NCBI GenBank assembly: GCA_000708835.1
Contig: DF237199.1
Span: 58,207 to 122,206, forward strand
Direction: 5' to 3'
Length of the DNA stretch: 64,000 bases
Source: Klebsormidium nitens
Lineage: Eukaryota > Plantae > Klebsormidiophyceae
The position numbers were made by a program, and so were the translations under genes. Below, one piece after another: positions 50,320 through 64,000 of this stretch (positions are counted from its first letter, which is position 1; the number at the start of each line of letters is the position of its first letter). The notes below the pieces were generated by a model. It did not search any database. It saw nothing but the letters and a program-made list of their open reading frames with translations, and was not told the origin of the DNA.

Positions 50320-51842
50320 GCATCATCTGTAAGCCTAGTCGGTTGAGGACGTTGAGATGTGACTGCGGACCAAGAAAGATGTAGTGAGGCTGCAGATTTT
50401 TGGACAATGCACTTCTACAAGAAGCTAGCAATGGTCGACAAAGAAGGTCTGAGTGTTTGATGTGCAACGTTACTCTTGAGACGAAATACCGTTCTTAACA
50501 AAGTTCCTTTGGTCATGACTGATTGCAATCGATTGAATATGGACTCCATGTAATCGAACAAGCTTGATGATGCACCATGTCTAGCTGAGAGCAGCTAGTT
50601 TCAGGCAAAAAAGTCCAAGCGTCCTATTATTAGAGCTGTACACCATGTGAAGGGTGGGGATGTCTAGTCTGACTATGCATGGCAAGCTTTGAAGGCTTGC
50701 GAGTTCACAAAGAGGTGAGCTTTCTTGCGGATCCTACTGCGAGTGACAATCAAGCGCATGGGTGCCAGCCAATCTATACAGGGCACATTGACCGGGCCTG
50801 GGGCCGACCGACCGTGTCCCCTTCATAAAGCCACGTTGCAAGGCCGCGCACTAATCACAACCGCAGGTCATAGGCGCCATATGTAAGCCAACGACCCCGC
50901 CCTGGCGGCACCCACTTGTCCGCGCTCACGCTGCACTAACAAACGCCGGTTCTCAGACAGACTGCCAAAATTGGAGTGGTTAGAGAAAGATAGATGCAAC
51001 ATCATGATGGGTGTTCTCGAAGTGGCACCCAGAGCGGGCGTGTGCACACATACCTTGACGCCAACTACAAAGTCTGGTTTTCTACTCAGTCTCAGATGTC
51101 TCAAATTCAACACCCTGAGCTAGGAACTACCTGCCAACTAACACTCAGGCTGCAACCCTTGAGAAACATTCAACCGCCGGGGACCTATAAGAACCCGCGC
51201 AGGAAAGAGTGGACTTCCGACGACCGTCGATCCGCTAGTCCAAATCAGATGGACGGTGTCGATCAAACTGATATATGAGTGAGCATGACGTCAACAATGT
51301 CAAAAAGAGTCAAATGCTGACGCAAGTTAGATATCACTAACCGGTAATGCTCCTGACGGCTGCCACGTGTATCGTTCTCGCTAGAGGTGAGCCACTTGTC
51401 GTTCAAAATATCCTCGGTCCTTGATCCTGGGATTCTCAAGGAGACAGCGCGGAACCCTTGCATAGGCTATCCTTCCGCCAGCACTTTCTCAGAGATCCTG
51501 TGTTGACGAGAACCACACGCAATGGCGGCCAGCTGGTCGGAGTGTGATCGGCCTACTGGCCGCCCCTCTGGCCAGTGCATGAATCGTGGGACACGAGCTG
51601 AATTCCCAGCAGATACATACCGCAATATGACGAGCTCGGAAGCTTCATGTCGCCGAAAAGGAAGCTGGTGGGGGAACTGCAAAAGCGCATTTGCTGTACA
51701 TAGACACTGAAGATATTTCTGATGCGGGCTGATCTGCAGCAGGGATAGTGTTAACGCCAAAGAAGAGGGCCTGCAAGAACGATTAACTCGGTGTGCTCCG
51801 CTTTGTAGCGTCGTGATTTCTCATGCTGTACTGCTGATCAAC

Positions 51843-56155
<4,313 letters not shown>

Positions 56156-58170
56156 AATGCAGGCTAGAAGTTGGGAACCTGGTATGAGCCGGGAATTGGT
56201 ACGCAAAGCGCAGGTGATTCTTGTGGATTCTCGGCACATTCGCCGTTCTTGTTTGTAGCATAGAGGGGTTTGAAGTGCAGATTGCCGGCAAGAGAGCTGA
56301 CTGTAGAGCTGACGTAGAATGATTAGACACTTTCAAGACTTGCTAATTGAAAACAGGTGTGTATAGTTTGGGTCTGTGGAGGATCGACGAATGAGTTTAG
56401 TCGGGCACGCGGAACTGTGTTGAGACCCTAAGGGAGTGCAAATGTACAATTTCTGTTCTTTAGCTATTTAACATTGATTTTAGCAGCGTAGGATTAAGTG
56501 AGGAGGAATTGGCCCTCCTCGGCCGACTGTTAGCGGACTCATTGTACCGATGGAGCTTTCTTACTGTTTGGAAGCAGCGCAAGTTAGAATCCTCATTCCG
56601 GTTTCCAGAACTGGCTGCACCAGCCGGCCTAAGTTCCAATCTGGTTTTGATCAAGTAGCCCTTTTTGACTATTCACATCGACTAGAGCGAAGACGAGGCC
56701 GGACAGATTAGCATGTGCCAGCAGGCACGCCCGGAAGTGACGTGCTGAACAGAACTGCAAATCTTCGTGAGACCTCGATCAAAAACTGCAACTTGCGTGT
56801 ACAAAAGAAATAGCGTATTGATGCTCCAACCGCAGTCCAAAACGCTAAAGAGGTTGGTGGTCTTTCTGAATTACCTCACATCAACACTTGGAGCCACGTT
56901 GAGCCATTAAGCTTCACTGGCCTGAGACTGGGTTGACACTATGTCATTATCGGCAATAATGGCAGCCTCCGTGAAACATGTCCGACAAAACGCGCTCAGC
57001 ACTGACACATTTGGGAGTCACATGAGTTCAGGTCCTACGCTGGCATGCGACTGGTTCAGTTCTCCCCAGCTAGTCGAGCATGAGACGGTATGTTCTACTG
57101 CAATTCAACATGGTATGTTGCAATTCCATATATATGCTGTCACCGCTTGATTACACACGTAGTGAATCTATTCACCAATGGAATATCAATGCATGCAAGC
57201 ATGCATGGCATATGTTCCGTGCAGCAGACATGATTGATGTACATAATGGATACATTACTGTGTAAGAGTCAATTAAGCATTCACTTATACTTCCAACTAG
57301 CTTAATCGGGATGACTAAACGATCCAAAGATTTCAAGTCCGTGACTATGATCAGCGGCCGCGGATTCTTCTAGCCGGGTGCCCACGGACGCCGCGGCCAA
57401 AGTCTTGCACGCGACTTCAACATGATCATAATGCGTTCGCAATTCCCAGAACGCCGTATCCACATGCCGTATGCTGCATGCATGACATGGTGGAGACTCT
57501 TCATGGACGGTTTGCCGCCGGAATGGTGCCATGGCGCACCGCCATGGTACGACTTTCGCATGATGCTTGCACGTCATTAAATGAACGCGCAAGTAAAGTT
57601 CAAATTCAATACATACCTGGCAGATCATTAACCTCACAATGTTAATCCAAAGCTGCTGGCATGGCTAGCCTGGAGATGGAGAATAACGTGTCGGAAGCGC
57701 CGGCAACCCGAACTAAAGTGATGACACTTGTTAATCTAGAAAATGGACGGTTGATCTACATGATCCTACATGCAATAAGGTCGGACAACTTTCGAGCTAT
57801 TTGTAATCCAGTCTCTGAAATCAAATAATGTAATCTACTATCCATTCGCCTAAGTGCTGTTTAATTAATATCAATACGCATGAGCGGCACAGTCGGTTTT
57901 CAACAGATTCTGTGCCTTGTCTGGCAAAAAATGTTGGTCTATGTACCCCCATAAATGCCCTATATTAATCGCGTCGCTCATTGACGTGTGCGAGCTTGAG
58001 GAAACCCTCTCGAAAGATTGACGTGCAGTCCAAGGACTTCGACTCGACTAAATCTCCTGCGCTACTTCGCTGATGCAACACAGGCGCGGACGCAAGCTCT
58101 GACGCTTTTGTGACACAAGAACCAACACTGATCTCGGGAAGGATCACGGCACCGCCAAATCCAACATGTC

Positions 58171-61100
58171 TTAAATAGACACGTACGGGTTATCCTTGAG
58201 CTGCGGCACGAGGGGGCTGTCCTTCAGCTGCGGGTCCCACATGGACCCCATCTGCCACATGTCGACCTGCTTCACGACCGCGTCCCCCCCCTTGGCAATC
58301 AGCGCCGCACCGATAACATTCCGGTACATCCGAGTCGTCAGCACCGCGCGGCTGTTGGCAAACACCTCCACGACGCTCCGGTCCAGGAAGACGCGCAGCT
58401 TCAGGTTCTCGCCCTCGTCCAACGTCAATGGGCCGCCCTTAGAAACCAGCTCTCCCGGAGAGTCGGTTCCCGCGTCCGGCCCGGGCTGCCACCACGCCAC
58501 CTCCAGCCACTGCTTCTTGTAATCGTACGACACCAACACCCCCTCGTGAGGGTCCGTCCGTAACACCCGCTGCGCGCGCGTGGCCTCCAGCCCGCACCCC
58601 TCCGGCCCACACTCACTCTCAAGCACCTCATCTTCCGTGGGGGTCTCCCGGATGTCGATCCCGACTGCGTCGGCGCCCCCACGCTCGATCTCGACCTCGA
58701 TTTCCAGGGTGCCTGTGTGCACGTTGAAGGTGCGGGGACGAGCGCTCCGCAGCGCAAAGTCGGTCTCGTGCACCAGGTGCCGGTCGCGCAGCAGCTTCAT
58801 CTCTTCCACGGGCTCCTGGATCAACCGCCCGTCGTCGAGCATCGACAACACGCGGGGGAGGGTTAGACAGCCCGCATACCCAGCCGCCACGCTCGCCTCC
58901 TCGCTGCGCACCTCCTGGATCCAGGACCACACTAGTTGCCGGCCCTTCCCGTCAATGCAGCTGTTAGGGGCGTAGCACACGTTTCCCAGGTCGAGTCTCC
59001 GGGGGGCTCCATAGGGGACAAAGGTGCCGTTGCTGAAGGAGCCAATCCAGTACAGGATCGGGTTGGCCGGATTGTCGGGCGACACGCTCAGGATGTGCCA
59101 CTTGCCGAGCTTGAGCAGGATGGGGCATTCCCACATGGTCCCCGTTTCTGTGTGGTCCCCGATGTGAATGGGCTGCACGAACTCCCACTTGTGCAGGTCC
59201 GGGCTCTTGTAAAGAAGCGCCGTGCCCCCCTGTTCCTTGATCCCCGACCCCAGGAGCATCATCCACTCGTTGCCTTCCCGCCAAACATACGGGTCCCGAA
59301 ACCCGACGATATCCAGCCCCGCCGGGGGGGTCGAAATCACTGGCGCCAGCCCCTTGGAGAACTTCCCGTCCGGCCCCAGAGTTGCCATGCACTGCACCTC
59401 CGAGAACGCCGCCCCCAGCAGCTGAGACACCGAGGTCACATTCACCGGCCTATCGGGCGTCGCCACCTGGACGCCTGTGTAGAGGAGGGTGGGGATGCCG
59501 TCGTTGTTGACGCAGCAGCCAGAGAAGACGCCGTCCTGGTCGTACCCCCCGGGGGTGGGCGTGAGCGCCAGCGGGCGGTGCTCCCAGTGGACCAGGTCAG
59601 AGGAAACGGCGTGGCCCCAGCAGACGCCCCAGTTCCAGGCAGCGCGCGCCGGGTTGTGCTGCGGGGAAGAAGAGGAAAACCTGTTAGCTGAATGCATCCC
59701 TTTCGTCATTTTCAATTCAGCTGAGACCCTCGAGATGCCTCAGCTTACTTGGAGGAAGAATAGAGCTGCAGCGATACAAGTAAACAGTTTTCTGTCCACT
59801 CTGGAGCTGAACTGACAGACTTCACATCAAGAAGGAACAGGAGGTAAGCTGGGACATAAAAAATCAGTGACTTAGAAACAATGATACAAAACATGACTCA
59901 ATTGAACGTGTCGCACTGTACAAGGAACAGCAAGTAAAAGATAAACCGAATCTTTGGATCTTGTGTCTACTCAGATCTTCCATGTCGATACTATATTTCT
60001 AGAAAAACACCCATACTTATAAGTTCCATGTCCATACTTTGTTTGTTGAAAAACACCAAAAAAATAAGGTCCCTGCCCTCAGTATTGCAAATGGTGCTGC
60101 GAAGATTCATCTGCTGCAACTGCACTCATTGGTGCCTCTCTGAGAGATTACGCTTTTCTAACAAGTTTCATAAACCATCAGGCCAACCAAGGCCAACCCC
60201 AACTTAAACAACCCCACGAACTTATTTAGCTGGAAGAGCAAATAAAGGTTGGAAAGGTGTTACTCAGACGGTGAGAAAGTAGATAGATGAGGACCAGAAA
60301 GCAGCTGAGCCTCATACACTGGCAGAAGCTCTATGCAATGTACGTTCAGGAAGACAGGCATGGGGTGTATGCAGCGGCTAACAAACACTCTGTTTTCACA
60401 AGATACAGAGAAACAAAGACAAAACAGATTCCTAGAAGACTGAGCTTCCTTTGCACATGGTCCATGTTAATCAGGATGAACCACCACTAGACAACCAACA
60501 CTTCTGAAATGGAACAGCTTTTTCAAAACCAACCTCTTGCTGCCATTTCAAGCAGAGCAGCTGGAAAAGGAGGGACTCTCTTATTTGCAACACAGGACAG
60601 CAGCTGTGTGCAAGCCAGCAGGTTATAGACTAAGCTCAGTCTGTTGTGATAAAACGCACCTGATAGAAGATGTGATACTGGCCTCCAATAAAAGCAGGGC
60701 CGTTTGGGTCATTCATGAAACCTGCAAATGCACACGCACTTTGTCAGCTAGGCAGAAGAGTCACCCTGCAAGTTCAGCTGCCAATCCTGCGGAGAGTGCC
60801 CCCACACCTTGAGCTGACTGCTTAAATAAGGACTGTCCAGTCAACTCAATTCAAACATTTGTCAGCTCAACGTCTTTGCACGAGAAGCACAGTCCTGGTC
60901 GAGAAGAGCAGGGTCTCAGCGCTGGCGGGCCTGGTTGACCAACACCTGTCGCAAAAGGATGCACAGATCACCTGTCGCAAGGATATCCACAGAACACAAC
61001 ACCTCTGCAGCTTCCAGCGCGCCCTACAATATGAGCAGACATAGAGAAAGAGGAGCGCAGACTGACCAGCAGGTGGTTGGAAATGGTAGGTTGGCCGGTG

Positions 61101-61514
61101 GTTGTCATCAGTTGATAGCGTGGGGTACTCTGGCGAGGTGACCACAAAGGGGGAGGGGGAGTCGAAAACAGACAGGAGCTCTGGCGCTGGCAGAGGCGCA
61201 TCAAACCCCAAAGCCTCCTTAACAGGAGGCTCCGCAACACTCGCAGACACAGAAAATGGAGAGCGCACGCTCCTCTGCTGGCGTGCTGACCGCCCCCCCT
61301 CACATTTGACTCCAAAAAATGTATACTTCTGCACTAGAAGCGGACAGCCATCGGTTCCTGACACCACCCTTGGATGTCCATCCCCTGACCCTTTCGCCCT
61401 GCAGGAAGACCGTGGATGCTTGAAGGGCGTCTCAACTTCTAAAGAAGCAGCCCTGTGGAGACCTGGAAGCGACCCCAGCACGGGGCCGCCGACCACCCTG
61501 GCAGATGCTTGCAT
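58171..61514 (-). CDS. GH32 beta-fructofuranosidase, copy B (paralog, convergent with copy A)
   Basis: Exons 61514-61067, 60721-60660 (GFMNDPNGPAFIGGQYHIFYQ) and 59658-58171. The same catalytic motifs are intact. Confidence 0.95.
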
Positions 61515-62174
61515 CCTGACTGCGACCAGCTTCTGACAGCCAAAGCATCTAAGTTAGCGTGCCCCCCTCTTGGCGCCGGTCCTGAGTCCACACACGAGTG
61601 GCGTAACGGCAACTTTCACGCAGAGAAGGAAATACTTCCCCAACCACCACCCCATCGCGTAACCTTTTATTAGGGGATAGGCGTCTCAAAAGTATATCAC
61701 AGGAGGTGAGGACCACCCGTCCAGATCACGAGAACTATTCTGTACTGTCTGTGCAGCAGCTGCACTGTCCACTCGCATGCTTGAAAGCAAGAGCCTCCTC
61801 ACAAGCGCCTCGATGGAGCAAGCAGAACGAGCAGAAGGCAAGCCGCTGGCTTTTTCGCAAGTGGAGAAGAGTCAAGGAGAGGTCAAATCAGGAAAGCACA
61901 AGGGAGCCGCGGATTTGCTAGCACTGTAGCAGGTGCCTGGAAGTTGGAAGAGGCGCGGCTCCTGAGTTGTGCAGACGGCCGGGCGTGGGCACAGCGCGCA
62001 AGGCACTTCGACTCCCTGAGTCTGACTGCTTTTGTTAGGTACGACCGTCGACCAATGGTACCCAAGTACGGTACCTACTCCGGTCACCGGTGACCGGCGA
62101 GTACAGAAACCTGTTCATCGGGAATCCGTGCAGTTTGTTTTTGCACGATCCGATCGGGTTTGGTTGCTCAGGAA

Positions 62175-62364
62175 AATAGGGACAGCGGTACAAACCGTTT
62201 ATAGCAGCGCACACCCGAGCGGCCGTCTCTATGGATGCCCTGGCAACAGTACCGCGGAACGTTTTTTGAACCCTTGGCTGTTTGAAACCGTCGATTTTCA
62301 CATAACATGGAAAAAAATCCGTTCGATGATCAATGCCGGTCGTCCTCGGTACCGTGTCCCTATT
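62175..62364. mobile_element. Small MITE-like inverted-repeat element
   Basis: aatagggacagcggtac (62175-62191) versus gtaccgtgtccctatt (62349-62364), a one-base indel. TA flanks GGGACA...TGTCCC on both sides. Confidence 0.45.
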
Positions 62365-64000
62365 CGCCAAACTTGTCGTTGTGGCATTTAACCGATCTGA
62401 TTTGCCAGCGGCTAATCATGGTTACAGCTTGGGTCCGTACTGCGCAATGATGTACCAAGCAATGCAATTAATCCAGCGGAGTAATCGACGGTTGACAAGC
62501 CGCCATTGAGGACGATATTTCGACCGCACAGAATGAGTAAGTGCCACGTCAATTCATCTGGCCAAAAGGGCTACGAATCTAGTGAATGATTGGGGCATAT
62601 CTAGGAATCTGCCTACCTACTACGGTACTTACTAGGTACTGTCTACTGCCATACCGGTTGAACCGGATGTACGTACTGGGTGCACCCAACTTGAAGGCTG
62701 GGTACCAGGTACCGGTAGTATATGCGTACCTAGGTCCTAGGGAAACTTTCGACCGTGAAGTGGACGAACACGAGCCACTTCACGACGCCGCATCTTCCAC
62801 GTGGGAACATTGTTCGTCATTTCGCGCGAATCAAGTACAAATTGCCGTAGATATTCACATACGGTGGGTTTTGCAGCCAGCATTCGACATGGTCTCTTTG
62901 AGTCGCACACCGCAGCCAGTGCTGCTACAGGCTTCTCAATGTTCTCAAGGCATACAATGTTTGTTTGTGTGGCTTGCGCCCTCTACTACCGTATCCAACA
63001 TTCGATCCGACTCTACTTCGCAGCTCAGATACCCGTTTCTTCAAAGTCCTCTCCAAGAAGCTAAATGTGGGGCCATGCTTGACCAGGCGGCAGAGAAGCC
63101 AATTTGCAAGTCTTCTGCACTTGGATACAAATGCTTTCGAGGACCACTCAATGACTGCTGGACTGCAATCCGGGTTGAACTCCGCTGAAGGCATTACGGC
63201 TTTAGCATGAAGAGAGCATGAAGTGCACGAACCATCGAAATTCACACGATGAATTAGGAGCAAGCTAACAAAAGCATCCATGAAGCCTTCTTGCACGTCC
63301 CAAGCTGGGTCATGTCAAGGCACTCGAGTGAGATCTGAAACATATCAATACATCTTTGAAATGTTGCACTACCCATGCAAAATCCGAGACGTACTATAAT
63401 GCGATGTCTGACGCTCCAAACGAGCGTTCTCTTGACACCAGCAATTGATGTAGCTTCTTTCTTTGCTCAAATACAGTTGCAATTACAGTTCAATTGGTTT
63501 GCAATAGCCGGAAAGCTTGCAACCGCAGCAATAGTGCTCGCGTCAAAAGCAGCCTTTGTCAGGAACAACTGTCCAGAGAAGTGTGAAGAATCTACTTTGA
63601 CTTTCAAGGCTTGGAGGATAAGTTACCCCACGCCTTGAACATCTATCCACGTTTCTCATGAAATCATCGATATCATAGTCTCAAACTTCCGTGGGGCTTA
63701 CTTTTGAGTACTCGTGTGGTACTAAAACCTTAACCCTTTAACAGCGGCTGTTGCCTTTTGTTGCCTTTCGCAACAACATGGATATATTCGCGTGCCACGG
63801 CCTCCAAATCTGGCACGGCAAATGACCCCAGCACTTCGGGTGGGGTGTTATCGGCCCAAAATGAAAATATAAAAAAAGCAACAAATTTTTTTAAGGGGGT
63901 CCGGGCCTATATAAGGACGTGACCCCCCAGTAGACTGTTGCCTGTGATGTTGCCCCAGGCAACAGGCCTGCGGGGGGCCAACCGGGCACAATTTAGGTAT

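Noticed and set aside
58580-59691. Plus-strand ORFs of 251, 131 and 108 aa over GH32 copy B, and similar antisense ORFs over other GC3-rich exons
   Set aside because: Antisense open frames caused by high GC3 codon bias.
62586-63638. ORFs of 200, 123 and 87 aa near the right end
   Set aside because: No domain motifs, codon bias or splice support.
63900-64000. TATA-like ctatataagg followed by a gttgcctg...caggcaac hairpin
   Set aside because: Truncated by the window end; cannot tell a promoter or ncRNA from a repeat terminus.

Overview
Eukaryotic nuclear DNA with GT-AG introns, GC3-rich exons and a compact gene layout. The plastid-type N-termini, codon style and gene content best fit a streptophyte green alga such as Klebsormidium (inference). 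The ORF track mostly shows exon fragments, so I rebuilt the spliced models by hand. Left to right: an unknown gene running off the left edge (-); a Ulp1/SENP SUMO protease (+); an orphan gene (-); a Qor-type quinone oxidoreductase with a frameshifting 14-bp duplication and an intronic assembly gap (-); a CmcJ/AsaB-like Fe/2OG-type oxidoreductase (+); a spliced glutamate racemase MurI with both catalytic Cys (-); condensin II kleisin CAP-H2 with a TQ-heptad tail (+); an EF-hand protein (-); a KEN/D-box securin/PATRONUS-like protein (+); a KIF-binding protein (-); UTP6 (+); and two tail-to-tail GH32 beta-fructofuranosidases that share no intron positions and have long N-terminal extensions resembling organellar transit peptides. 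There are also several MITE-like inverted-repeat elements. The strongest leads are the possibly plastid-targeted, bacterial-like GH32 pair, the intron-containing MurI (a possible D-Glu supply for plastid peptidoglycan) and the algal securin candidate. No rRNA, tRNA or CRISPR array was recognised.
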